DNA of 64,000 bases, from the NCBI GenBank assembly GCA_965208325.1, contig OZ242326.1, forward strand, positions 3,392,001 through 3,456,000. Reading direction: 5' to 3'. Made by a program: the position numbers and the translations under genes. Positions within the stretch are counted from its first letter, which is position 1. Every line of letters starts with the position of its first letter. The notes beneath the pieces were generated by a model that searched no databases, was not told the DNA's origin, and saw only the letters and a list, made by a program, of their open reading frames with translations. This document shows, in pieces, positions 30,525 to 40,294 of this stretch. The DNA is from Candidatus Poribacteria bacterium. GTDB taxonomy: Bacteria; Poribacteria; WGA-4E; PCPOR2b.

Positions 30525-32336
30525 ATGCGACCCATTCGGAATAGTTCCAAAAACAGGCTAGTTCTATTATTCGGGCTGCTTGTCATCTATCTATTCTTGG
30601 CGGTTGTACCTGCCGCCTTTACCCAAGATGCGACCGACACGGAATACCGCGCCTTCCCGAAAATTGGCAGCCGCAACGCCGCGTGGATAGCTGCACAGTT
30701 GCATCTCTTGTTCGGGTCCTTTATCTTGGGTGTGCCGATGTTCGCGGTTGTCATTGAATATGTCGGCATGCGGACGAAGGACAAACGATACGACAAGATG
30801 GCGCAGGAGTTCATCAAGCTCTGCATGGGTGCGTTCTCGACGACGGCACTGATGGGCGGTGTGTTGGTTTTCGTTCTCATTTGGTGCTACCCCAAGGTGA
30901 TGAACAAAATGACGGGAATCTTCGGGCCGACGATGATTTTCTACGTCTTTTTGTTCTTCGGAGAGACATTTACGCTCTATCTCTACTCCTACGGATGGGA
31001 TCGGATGCAGGGCAAGGTATCAAAGATGTGGCACCTATTCCTCGGTGTGCTCTTGAACGTGTTCGGTACGGCAATTATGTTCGTGTCTAACGCTTGGTTG
31101 ACTTACCAGACAAGTCCAGCAACAATGGATCCCGACCATAAGCCAATTCCGCTTCATAACGAAGAAACGGGCGAATTTATCGGTACGCTGTGGCAGGCGG
31201 TCAACAACTTCACGTGGATGCCCGTGAACATCCACCGCCTCATTGGGAATGTGGCTTTCGGCGGAGCAATCGTCGGCGCCTACGCCGCCTTTCGATTTTT
31301 GGTCGCCAAATCGAAAGAGGATAAGGCGCACTACGACTGGATGGGATATACGGGCAATTTCATCGCGTTATGCGGCTTAATTCCGCTGCCGTTCGCCGGA
31401 TATTGGTTGGGACGCGACATCTACAAGTTCAACCAGACAATGGGCATCAACATGATGGGGAGCCTCTTTTCGTGGTTGTTCATCATTCAGGCGGTGATGA
31501 TTGGGGTGTTGTTCATCGGCGCGAACTACTATCTCTGGTCCGGCATGACTCGCATCAAAGGCGGTGAAGTTTACGCGCGTTTACGCCCCTATATGGTGGC
31601 AATCATTGTTATCTGCGTCGCGGTGTGGATGACGCCGCGCACATTGATTGCTACTGCCGGTGAGAAAGCCGCAATGGGCGGTCCGAACCATCCACTAATC
31701 GGATATTTCGGTTTGATGACGGCGAAAAATACGGTCGTCAATCTCATCATTTTGACGACTTTTCTGAGTTTTCTGTTTTACCGCCGTTCAGGCAAAACAC
31801 CGGCGGTGGGTTGGAGGAAAGCAGGAAATATCATCATCTCGGGAATTTTTGGCCTTGCTGTCGCCGCGATTGTCACGATTGGTCTCATAGGTTTCAAAGT
31901 TGAGACCGATTTTCGCGTCGAAGTTCTAACGCCGGTTCAAGTGTTGATTGCGTTAGCTGTTTTGATTTTGGTTACGGCGATTGATTTAATCATGTATCGA
32001 AAAGCGATGCGTTCTAGCGACATCAACTGGGGGCAGATGTCCGACCGGTCGCAGTACGTGCTAATTCTTCTCGCCATTACCTTTACCTCCCTGATGGGAT
32101 TGATGGGGTATGCGCGGTCTGGCCTCCGCGAGAATTGGCACATTTTTGGTGTGATGCCCGACACCTCTCCGGATGCGTTCACACCTCTTCTTGCGGATGC
32201 CGTCAATGTCATCGCCGTTATCATAGTGATATTCTTCGCCTTGGTCGGCTTTATCTTCTGGATCGGTTTATGGGGCGACAAGAAGAAAGCAAAACTTGCA
32301 AGTCTTGAAGCAGAAAATGCCGTGGGAGACGACTAA
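30525..32336 (+). CDS. cytochrome bd-like (CydA-superfamily) subunit, non-canonical
   Basis: QLHLLFGSFILG, FFGETF, SNAW, NIHRL; MGYARSGLRENW in place of GWxxxExGRQPW; many TMs; start approximate. Confidence 0.8.
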   Translation: MRPIRNSSKNRLVLLFGLLVIYLFLAVVPAAFTQDATDTEYRAFPKIGSRNAAWIAAQLHLLFGSFILGVPMFAVVIEYVGMRTKDKRYDKMAQEFIKLCMGAFSTTALMGGVLVFVLIWCYPKVMNKMTGIFGPTMIFYVFLFFGETFTLYLYSYGWDRMQGKVSKMWHLFLGVLLNVFGTAIMFVSNAWLTYQTSPATMDPDHKPIPLHNEETGEFIGTLWQAVNNFTWMPVNIHRLIGNVAFGGAIVGAYAAFRFLVAKSKEDKAHYDWMGYTGNFIALCGLIPLPFAGYWLGRDIYKFNQTMGINMMGSLFSWLFIIQAVMIGVLFIGANYYLWSGMTRIKGGEVYARLRPYMVAIIVICVAVWMTPRTLIATAGEKAAMGGPNHPLIGYFGLMTAKNTVVNLIILTTFLSFLFYRRSGKTPAVGWRKAGNIIISGIFGLAVAAIVTIGLIGFKVETDFRVEVLTPVQVLIALAVLILVTAIDLIMYRKAMRSSDINWGQMSDRSQYVLILLAITFTSLMGLMGYARSGLRENWHIFGVMPDTSPDAFTPLLADAVNVIAVIIVIFFALVGFIFWIGLWGDKKKAKLASLEAENAVGDD

Positions 32337-32360
32337 GAACCGCGCAGTTGGGATGAAACG

Positions 32361-33881
32361 ATGCAAAAACCGCATATTAGAATTGCCACCTTAATTTTAA
32401 TGATTGTGAGTTTTATCGCCTACGTCGCGAAATTTCCTGCTTTTCCGATCGCGTCGGAAAACTTGCTGCCGTGGTCGGTGTGGTTTTTTATCCTTGCCTT
32501 GTCAAATGTTATACTTTGGCAGAGCGTGATAAAACTGCTGTCATTCTCATTGATGGTCATCTGGTTCTATGCGTTTGCTGCCAGTGTTGTTCCAGACACA
32601 TCGACTGCGACGGTGGATTTGTCAAGCATTGAGCGAACACCGGAGGCATTTGTTGAGGCAGGGGAGATAATTTTTAACGGAAAAGGAAAGTGCAACACCT
32701 GCCACACGCTCGATCCGTCCGCGCCAAAAGGCCGCTGTCCCGATTTATCGGTTATCGGCTCCCAAGCCGGGACGCGCAAACCCGGCGTTTCGGCAAAGGA
32801 TTATCTAATCGAATCTACGTATGAACCGCATAAATTCCTCGTCACCGGCTACGGCAACATTATGCCGCCGGTTTGGAAACCGCCAATCAGTTTATCCGAA
32901 TTGGAGATTGAAACGGTAATTGCCTTCCTCCAAAATCAAGGCGGTGACGTGGACTTGACGCCCTTTGATCCGCCTGTTGATATTGAAAGCGCGGCAGATG
33001 CAGTTGAGGAATTGCCGCCCCTCCTCAGCGGCGACGTTGAGCGCGGCAAACGGGTTTTTGTAGACGGTGCGAAATGTATCGCGTGCCACGCTGTTGCCGG
33101 AGTAGAGCAACCTGCCGGCCAAACGCTTGATGACGGCGTTGAAGTGGTCGCCGCCCCCGATTTGTCAGAGATTGCCGCATTAAACAGTCTCCGGTACATT
33201 GAAGAGTCCATCCTGTTACCAAATGCCCTAATTGTGAGCGGATACGGTTCCGTCACGGTGAAAACCGGGGGCGCCTCAATTCAGGGGACGCTCGTATCCC
33301 AAGACAACGAGAATATTACCCTGCGGGTGAAAGATTCCGCCGGCGTTGAAACCGAACAGCAAATACGCTTGAGCGAACTCGATCCGGAACCGATTGAAGC
33401 GCTTACCGATTTGAATGCAAACGGATACTTTTGGATCCAAGCGGCGCTCGCCGATACCGGAGAAACTATAAGCGGTGACCTTCTCGAAGAGGATGAGGAA
33501 AACATTACACTGCAGGATGGTGGAGAAACGCTGACAGTTTCTAAATCGAAAGTGAAGGTTCAGGCGACCATCATTGATTTTGATGAGAACGTCATCGTCG
33601 GGGAGTTGGTAGCGGAAAATGAAGACGAAATTACGTTAAATGTTGACGGCGAAGAACAGACGATTGACAAGTTCGATATTGACGAAGGGCCGACCTACAG
33701 CCGCGCCTTTGGGAAACGACTTTATGTGACCTCCCCGATGCCGAACAACTTTCCGCTGTTGCTGTCGGTTGGGGACATGAGCGATCTGCTCGCATATTTA
33801 TCAACCCTAACGGGCACAGTGGAGGCGGCAGTGGCTGAAGGTGAATCCCAAGACGAAGCGGTGGAAGAAACCGCCGAATAA
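32361..33881 (+). CDS. membrane-bound diheme cytochrome c with repeated Sm/SH3-like inserts
   Basis: N-terminal TMs; CNTCH and CIACH; three GxLxxExxExITL repeats. Confidence 0.85.
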   Translation: MQKPHIRIATLILMIVSFIAYVAKFPAFPIASENLLPWSVWFFILALSNVILWQSVIKLLSFSLMVIWFYAFAASVVPDTSTATVDLSSIERTPEAFVEAGEIIFNGKGKCNTCHTLDPSAPKGRCPDLSVIGSQAGTRKPGVSAKDYLIESTYEPHKFLVTGYGNIMPPVWKPPISLSELEIETVIAFLQNQGGDVDLTPFDPPVDIESAADAVEELPPLLSGDVERGKRVFVDGAKCIACHAVAGVEQPAGQTLDDGVEVVAAPDLSEIAALNSLRYIEESILLPNALIVSGYGSVTVKTGGASIQGTLVSQDNENITLRVKDSAGVETEQQIRLSELDPEPIEALTDLNANGYFWIQAALADTGETISGDLLEEDEENITLQDGGETLTVSKSKVKVQATIIDFDENVIVGELVAENEDEITLNVDGEEQTIDKFDIDEGPTYSRAFGKRLYVTSPMPNNFPLLLSVGDMSDLLAYLSTLTGTVEAAVAEGESQDEAVEETAE

Positions 33882-33897
33882 GGAGCGTTGAGCCGAT

Positions 33898-34677
33898 ATG
33901 CCAAAATTATCGCTTTTCACCAAATGCGTTATCCTATTTGCCGCGGTTTGGCTCTTCTTAGAGTTTTTCATCGGCGGCGTATGGTCCGTGCCGCTGCCCG
34001 CCAGCGTAATTGGCATGTATCTCGGTCTCATACTAGTGGCGATTCTGGTTCACGTATCCGTTGAAGATGACAGGTTTCGAGAATTTCTGCGCCCCATCAA
34101 AGAGACTTTGGCTGATGATAAAAGAAGGACAAGATGTACTGTATTGTTCGTCCTTGTTCCGCTGGTTATGCTCGTTTTCACCTTTTCAAAGGTATCGACG
34201 AAAGCAGAAGCGCCAGCATCGGTGCGCATTGCCCATCCAGCGCCACCTGATGAACTGACTTACGGTGACAAGGTAATCGGTCCCATACAAGAGGTGGAGA
34301 ACCCTTTCCGGCACCTTGAAAAAGACGACAAAGATGCGTTCCGGGCGCATGCAGAGAATGGACGCCGAGTCTACTATCAAAACTGCTTTTATTGCCACGG
34401 CGACGATCTTGACGGTGAAGGACATTTCGCCCACGGATTGAACCCACTGCCTGCCAACTTTCAAGACCCTGGCATCATCCCAAATTTCCAAGAGTCATTC
34501 TTTTTCTGGCGTATCAGTAAAGGGGGACCAGGCTTGCCGCCATCCGCTACGCCATGGGACTCCGCCATGCCGGTCTGGGAAGACTACTTGACTGAAGAAG
34601 AGATATGGGACGTCATTATCTTTTTGTCGGAATACACCGGCTATAAGCCGAGGACGTTTGGCGAGGCAGCCCACTAA
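33898..34677 (+). CDS. membrane-bound monoheme cytochrome c
   Basis: Three N-terminal TMs, CFYCH, SAMPVW. Confidence 0.88.
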   Translation: MPKLSLFTKCVILFAAVWLFLEFFIGGVWSVPLPASVIGMYLGLILVAILVHVSVEDDRFREFLRPIKETLADDKRRTRCTVLFVLVPLVMLVFTFSKVSTKAEAPASVRIAHPAPPDELTYGDKVIGPIQEVENPFRHLEKDDKDAFRAHAENGRRVYYQNCFYCHGDDLDGEGHFAHGLNPLPANFQDPGIIPNFQESFFFWRISKGGPGLPPSATPWDSAMPVWEDYLTEEEIWDVIIFLSEYTGYKPRTFGEAAH

Positions 34678-34707
34678 ACGCTGGTGAAGAGCGGATGAAG
34701 TGCTAAA

Positions 34708-34953
34708 ATGCAATCAGTTACCTGCTTGGTAAAACGAGAAAGCAATCAATATGTTTCTCTATGTGTTGAATTAGATGTCGCCTCGTGCGGTAAAACGAAA
34801 AGGGAAGCCATTGAAGGGTTAAAAAACGCAATTGAGGCCTATATCGAGTATATGTCCTCCGAAATGCGTGACAAAGAGATTTACAGGCCAGTGCCTTTGC
34901 ATGAGTTGCGAAATTTCCTTTTTTCTGTGAAAAATGAACCGATTATTTGCTAA
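34708..34953 (+). CDS. hicB: HicB-like antitoxin (orphan)
   Basis: YVSLCVELDVASCGKT..EAIEGLKNAIE. Confidence 0.75.
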   Translation: MQSVTCLVKRESNQYVSLCVELDVASCGKTKREAIEGLKNAIEAYIEYMSSEMRDKEIYRPVPLHELRNFLFSVKNEPIIC

Positions 34954-36664
34954 GAAATCATTCATAATACATATTGCAAGTTTCCTGCTGCTTCCTGCAA
35001 TCATAACATGTCCGCTATTTGCACAGGGCAAATCTGCCCCGGCTGCTTCCGAGGCGGGAAATTTGCTCTATATAGATAAGTGTGGGCATTGCCACGGAAT
35101 TGAAGGAGCCGGGGACGGGGATGCTGCTGAGAACCTGTTGCCAAGGCCGAGGGATTTCACGTCAGGGCTTTACAAGATTCGGTCCACAGAGAGCGGTAAC
35201 TTACCAACCGACCAGGACCTATTTGAGGTAATCTCAAACGGTATGCCGGGATCGTCTATGCCAGCGTGGAAAGGGCTCCTCAGTGAGGACGAACGATGGA
35301 GCCTCGTCGCCCAAATCAAGACATACTTCGACGGTTTTGAAGAGGCGTCAAGGCGAGTAATTGACCTGTCAGGGAAAATACCCTATTCTGAGGAAAGCGT
35401 GGCTAAAGGGAAAACGTTCTATGCCGAACTCGGGTGCGTCGAATGTCACGGCGTACTTGGACGGGGAGACGGCACGTCTGCGCCAGACCTCACCGATGAA
35501 TCGGGATTTCGCTCGTGGCCCGCGAATATGGAGCACAGTTGGAACTTCAGGGGCGGTTCAGCGACGGAGGAAATTTTTAAGCGGTTTATAGGCGGAATTG
35601 CCGGTTCGCCGATGCCGGCATTCGTGTCCTCATTCCGACTCGGTTTAACCGACGCCGAGTCAGCCCGGATAATCGCGCTTGAAGATCAAGACGAAATGAC
35701 TGAGGAGGAGGAAGCCGAGTATACGCAGTTAGAGGAAAAAGCCTACGAGTATGAAGACATCATGCTCAGAATCGAGGAAGGCGAAGAAATCACACACGAA
35801 GAGCAGAACAAACTCGACGAAGCCATGAAGCCAATATTTGAGAAAAGTTGGCACTTGGCAAACTATGTCAAATCGTTGGGGCGCGAAGGCCGCCCCCCAG
35901 CTGCGGTCGGTGATAAGGTCCTACGCTCCCAATATTTTGTCGGTGACCTGCCGGGGTTGAATGATGCCGCCTGGAGTGAAATCAAGGAGGCTAGTTACTT
36001 TCCGCTTGTGGGTCAGGTTGTTATTGAACCGCGGCAGTTCAACCCTTCAATCGATTCCGTAACCGCCAAGTCTTACTATAACGATAATGAAGCCGCGTTT
36101 CTCTTTGAGTGGGACGATCGGACGAAAACCCTTCCGCAAGCGGACGATGAGACGGGAGAAACTGTTGAGGACGCCATTGCGATTCAGTTCCCTGTAAAGG
36201 TGCCGAAGAGTCCGTCTGATCCCAAACCGTACTTTATCTGGGGCGGACGCCGCCCCGTTTACCTCTGGCACTGGAAGGTTTCCGAACCAAACAAAATCAC
36301 GGAGATGAACGCCAAGGGAATTGATAAAGCCACTGTTCAGGCGTCACAAAGCCAGATGCAGGTTGAAGGTGTTTACGAAGACGGACGATACCGCCTGTGG
36401 GTTAAGCGAGCGTTGAAGACAGATGACAGGAACGACCTTAAGTTTGAACCTGAAACTTTCATCCCCATCGCTTTTTCCGCTTGGGACGGTGCCAACGGCG
36501 ACGTGAAAACGAAGCGAGCCATTTCGACGTGGTATTCTTTCGTTCTAGATCCTGTTCCTTCAAACAAGCGTTTCGTGTATCCGCCGGTTGTAGCGCTTAT
36601 CTCCGCCGGGTTGCTTTTTGGCTTGAGAAAAAGCGTAAGAAATCGTGAGAAACTGAATCAATAG
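34934..36664 (+). CDS. diheme cytochrome c fused to an ethylbenzene-dehydrogenase-gamma (EB_dh/DOMON)-like domain with C-terminal TM
   Basis: CGHCH, CVECH; EWDDRT, DAIAIQFP, LWHWK, IAFSAWDG. Confidence 0.8.
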   Translation: MNRLFAKKSFIIHIASFLLLPAIITCPLFAQGKSAPAASEAGNLLYIDKCGHCHGIEGAGDGDAAENLLPRPRDFTSGLYKIRSTESGNLPTDQDLFEVISNGMPGSSMPAWKGLLSEDERWSLVAQIKTYFDGFEEASRRVIDLSGKIPYSEESVAKGKTFYAELGCVECHGVLGRGDGTSAPDLTDESGFRSWPANMEHSWNFRGGSATEEIFKRFIGGIAGSPMPAFVSSFRLGLTDAESARIIALEDQDEMTEEEEAEYTQLEEKAYEYEDIMLRIEEGEEITHEEQNKLDEAMKPIFEKSWHLANYVKSLGREGRPPAAVGDKVLRSQYFVGDLPGLNDAAWSEIKEASYFPLVGQVVIEPRQFNPSIDSVTAKSYYNDNEAAFLFEWDDRTKTLPQADDETGETVEDAIAIQFPVKVPKSPSDPKPYFIWGGRRPVYLWHWKVSEPNKITEMNAKGIDKATVQASQSQMQVEGVYEDGRYRLWVKRALKTDDRNDLKFEPETFIPIAFSAWDGANGDVKTKRAISTWYSFVLDPVPSNKRFVYPPVVALISAGLLFGLRKSVRNREKLNQ

Positions 36665-36794
36665 ACTGTGGAAATGGCAACAGGCGGATGTGAACCGCTA
36701 ATCCCTAGGTAGTTGGCAATTGAGCAATTATAGTTTGGAAACATCACAATGCATCGAAATAACTTTAAAAAAAATCTATAAAAGGAGTTCAATC

Positions 36795-37583
36795 ATGAAA
36801 ACCCATGTTTTTACAATGTTAACTTTAGTCATCACGGGTATGTTTGCCGCGAGTGCCGCCGCCGCGGGTGATGATGAAGCCGCCGAATCGCTTGTGTTCC
36901 CCGAAAGTTATAAAGCCGGAAGCGTTTCAAATGGGGGCACTATCACCGGTACGGTGACGTTTGAGGGTGAAGCCCCCGCAATGAAAAAACTTGAAATCAC
37001 GAAGAACCCGGAAGTCTGCGGTGTAACCGATAAGTTTGATGAGTCGGTAGTGGTCGGCGAAGGAAACGGTTTGAAAAACACCATCATTTATCTGATGGAT
37101 ATCTCGTCAGGCGCAGGTTTTCCGAAAGGCGCAAAGGTCAAACACCAGATTGATCAAAAAGGATGTCAATTTAACCCGCATGTCAATTTGATTCCAGTGG
37201 GGAAGCGATTAACCATGCTCAACCCTGACAAAATCATGCACAACGTCCATATTTTTAGCAAAGAGAACCCACCCTACAACAAATCGCAGCCGGGCAGCAG
37301 GAGGAAGATGCCGGTTAAAGCCGTCAAAAAGGCGGAAGGGCCTGTGGCTGTCAAATGCGATGTGCACGGTTGGATGAAAGCCTGGATTGCTTACATACCA
37401 CATCCATACTTTGCCGTCAGCGATGAGAACGGGCAATACAAACTGGAAAACGTGCCGCCGGGAACGTATAAGCTTGGCTACTGGCACGAAGCCTGCGGGA
37501 CGAATACGGAATCACCCGAGTCTGTAACCGTTGACGCCGGCGGTGCAGCCACAAAAGACTTCACGCTTTCACTCAAAAACTGA
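36795..37583 (+). CDS. exported cupredoxin-like / carboxypeptidase-regulatory-like protein (paralog of 29688)
   Basis: Signal peptide; IDQKGCQFNPHV, HNVH, CDVHGWM, WHE; RBS AAGGAG. Confidence 0.8.
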   Translation: MKTHVFTMLTLVITGMFAASAAAAGDDEAAESLVFPESYKAGSVSNGGTITGTVTFEGEAPAMKKLEITKNPEVCGVTDKFDESVVVGEGNGLKNTIIYLMDISSGAGFPKGAKVKHQIDQKGCQFNPHVNLIPVGKRLTMLNPDKIMHNVHIFSKENPPYNKSQPGSRRKMPVKAVKKAEGPVAVKCDVHGWMKAWIAYIPHPYFAVSDENGQYKLENVPPGTYKLGYWHEACGTNTESPESVTVDAGGAATKDFTLSLKN

Positions 37584-37673
37584 AGCACCCTATTCGGTTT
37601 TGCCATATAGTCGCCGTTTTAGGCGACTTATGGAAATCTTGGATTTGTGTGGTGATTGCGGGTCATCAAGTGG

Positions 37674-38636
37674 ATGAAAAAAATGCATCCGATTGAAGTC
37701 GAGAATCTCCACCACGCTTATGGTGATCGACAAGCGCTGGTTGGCGTGACTCTTGATGTGCCGCAAGGTGAAATTTTTGGCGTCCTTGGACCGAATGGCG
37801 GTGGCAAAACTACACTTTTTAAGATTCTTTCGACACTAATCACCGCTAACAACGGAACGGTGCGATTGTTCGGTTATGATCAGACCGACAAACCGCACGA
37901 AGTTAGAAAACACTTGGGGGTGGTTTTTCAGCATCCTAGTTTGGATTTGAAGCTTACGGCGGTTGAAAATCTTCGTCATCACGGGCACCTCTACGGACTG
38001 TGGGGTAAAGCGCTCAACCGTAGAATCCAAGTTGTGATTGACCAACTGGGACTTTCCGAGCGCGGGGCGGATTTGGTAGAAGCGCTCTCCGGCGGTTTGC
38101 GAAGGCGGGTTGAACTCGCGAAGGCAATCCTCCATCAACCCAACTTACTGTTGCTTGATGAACCGAGCACCGGCCTCGATCCTGGGATTCGTCAACAGTT
38201 TAGATTGCATCTTCAATATCTGCGAAAACAAGATGGTACGACCATCGTGCTGACAACCCACATTCTGGACGAAGCCGAGTGGTGCGATCGTGTTGGTATT
38301 CTTGATGAGGGTAGGTTGGTTGCCATAGGAACGCCAGCGGCGTTGAAAGAACAGGTGGGCGCGGACGTTGTCATTATTGATGCGTCGAATCCAGAAGCGT
38401 TAGCCGATAGAATCAAACAGCGCTTTGGGTACGGTTTTACCTTGGTTGACCGATCGCTGCGCGTAGAATGCGCTCAAGGGCATGAATTTGCTCGAGACGT
38501 TGTCGCTGCGTTTCCGCAAGAGATTCAATCGGTGCGATTTGGAAAACCGACGTTAGAAGATGTATTTGTAAAAGCGACCGGGCATCGCTTCGCGGAATCA
38601 GCCATCAACGAAAATAGGGATCAACTGAGCGGATAG
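37674..38636 (+). CDS. ABC exporter ATPase (DrrA/NodI-like)
   Basis: GPNGGGKTT, LSGGLRRR, LDEPSTGLD, PTLEDVF; start approximate. Confidence 0.88.
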   Translation: MKKMHPIEVENLHHAYGDRQALVGVTLDVPQGEIFGVLGPNGGGKTTLFKILSTLITANNGTVRLFGYDQTDKPHEVRKHLGVVFQHPSLDLKLTAVENLRHHGHLYGLWGKALNRRIQVVIDQLGLSERGADLVEALSGGLRRRVELAKAILHQPNLLLLDEPSTGLDPGIRQQFRLHLQYLRKQDGTTIVLTTHILDEAEWCDRVGILDEGRLVAIGTPAALKEQVGADVVIIDASNPEALADRIKQRFGYGFTLVDRSLRVECAQGHEFARDVVAAFPQEIQSVRFGKPTLEDVFVKATGHRFAESAINENRDQLSG

Positions 38637-38705
38637 CGAAGGCGATAGTCTTTTCCGACATTGAAAACTGTCGCGCTCACTACCCATTAGCCAGATTTTA
38701 CCCTC

Positions 38706-39479
38706 ATGAGAAGATTATTACTTCCCGTGATGACCTTATGGCGGCGTGAGGTCATAAGGTTTATCCGTCAGCGAAGCCGCTTAATCAGTGCATTTGCGCA
38801 GCCCTTAGTCTTCTGGCTGCTGTTGGGAGCGGGATTAGGACAATCGTTTCACCCATCTGGTGCGGCAGAGACAACACGGTATTTTGAATATCTGTTCGCC
38901 GGCATAATTGTGCTGGTACTCTTGTTTACCGCAATTTTCGCAACCATTTCGATTGTTCAAGACCGGCGCGAGGGGTTTCTTCAGGGTGTACTTGTCGCGC
39001 CGGTTTCAAGAGGTTCTATCGTTCTCGGGCAAGCGCTTGGCGGTACGACACTAGCCCTGCTGCAGGGTGTTCTATTTCTTTGCCTGGCGCCCGTAGTGGG
39101 AGTGAGCTTGAGCATCTCCTCCACCGCCGCAACAATAGGGATAATTGCTTTACTTGCGTTTGGGTTGACAAACCTCGGCTTGATGATTGCTTGGCGCATG
39201 GATTCGCCGCAAGGTTTTCACGCAATAATGAATTTAATTCTATTCCCAATTTGGATTCTCTCCGGCGCTTTTTTCCCTATCTCCGGAGTACCCGCGTTTT
39301 TTGAATGGGTGATGAAACTCAATCCGTTAACCTACGGCGTTGCAGCGCTGCGCCGATGTTTGTATTTACATGACGCTGCAGGAGTCGGGGAGATACCTCA
39401 ACTAACACTGTCTTTGTTAATAACTAGCTTGTTCTGTATTTTGACCTATGTAGGCGCCGCTCGAACAGCGGCAAGTTAG
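38706..39479 (+). CDS. ABC-2 type permease
   Basis: DRREGFLQGVLVAP, SGAFFP, NPLTY. Confidence 0.88.
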   Translation: MRRLLLPVMTLWRREVIRFIRQRSRLISAFAQPLVFWLLLGAGLGQSFHPSGAAETTRYFEYLFAGIIVLVLLFTAIFATISIVQDRREGFLQGVLVAPVSRGSIVLGQALGGTTLALLQGVLFLCLAPVVGVSLSISSTAATIGIIALLAFGLTNLGLMIAWRMDSPQGFHAIMNLILFPIWILSGAFFPISGVPAFFEWVMKLNPLTYGVAALRRCLYLHDAAGVGEIPQLTLSLLITSLFCILTYVGAARTAAS

Positions 39480-39580
39480 GATCGGGCGAACGAATATTTA
39501 GCGCAATAGTCATCACCGTCGGTTAGAACTATTGCCATCGTAATTCACTCGGTTGATCCTATAAATAAAGAAAGGAGATT

Positions 39581-40294
39581 TTGATGCTTAAATGGCTGAA
39601 TTTTCCTGAGTGGCTTCCAGAAAACGTATCAACGTTCGGTAAAGGGGTTGACAACTTGTTTGTCGCTATTTACTGGATAACTTCAATTGCGTTTCTGGGT
39701 GTGATGATTACTTTGATTGTGTTTCTCATCAAATACCGCTATCAGGAAGGCCGTAGTGCAGGGTACATCCACGGCAATACGACGCTAGAATATGTGTGGA
39801 CGATTGCGACCGCAGTAATTGTGTTCGGACTCGCGATGTTCAGCTTGCCGCAATGGAACAAAATTAAATTCCCTTCCCAGTTTCCCGGCGACCCTGGTGC
39901 TGTCGTTCAAGTGAACGGAAAGCAGTTCAACTGGGATATGACCTATCCGGGCCCTGATGGTGAATGGGAAACTGACGATGACCTGCAACTCGAGAACCAG
40001 CTTCATGTACCTGTTAACGAGGTGGTGCATATCAGGCTGACGTCGGACGATGTTATTCATAGCTTCTTTGTGCCGCAACTCCGTCTCAAACAGGACGCCC
40101 TTCCCGGTAGGTTTATCAACGTTTGGTTCGAAGCAACGAAGCCCGGCACATATGAGATTCCGTGTGCGGAACTTTGCGGTTTTGGGCACTCCGGGATGCT
40201 CGGATACCTTACTGTCCACACGGAAGAAGATTACGAAGCGTGGAAGAGTGAGCGGTGGCCAGATACTGACACGAAAGGAGTCAACGTAGAATGA
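39581..40294 (+). CDS. coxB: cytochrome c oxidase subunit II (CuA)
   Basis: DVIHSF, CAELCGFGHSGM; no fused cyt c. Confidence 0.93.
   Translation: MMLKWLNFPEWLPENVSTFGKGVDNLFVAIYWITSIAFLGVMITLIVFLIKYRYQEGRSAGYIHGNTTLEYVWTIATAVIVFGLAMFSLPQWNKIKFPSQFPGDPGAVVQVNGKQFNWDMTYPGPDGEWETDDDLQLENQLHVPVNEVVHIRLTSDDVIHSFFVPQLRLKQDALPGRFINVWFEATKPGTYEIPCAELCGFGHSGMLGYLTVHTEEDYEAWKSERWPDTDTKGVNVE

Noticed and set aside
34934..36664. Nitrite oxidoreductase (nxrC) or nitrifier call
   Set aside because: No nxrA/nxrB in the window; domain similarity alone is insufficient
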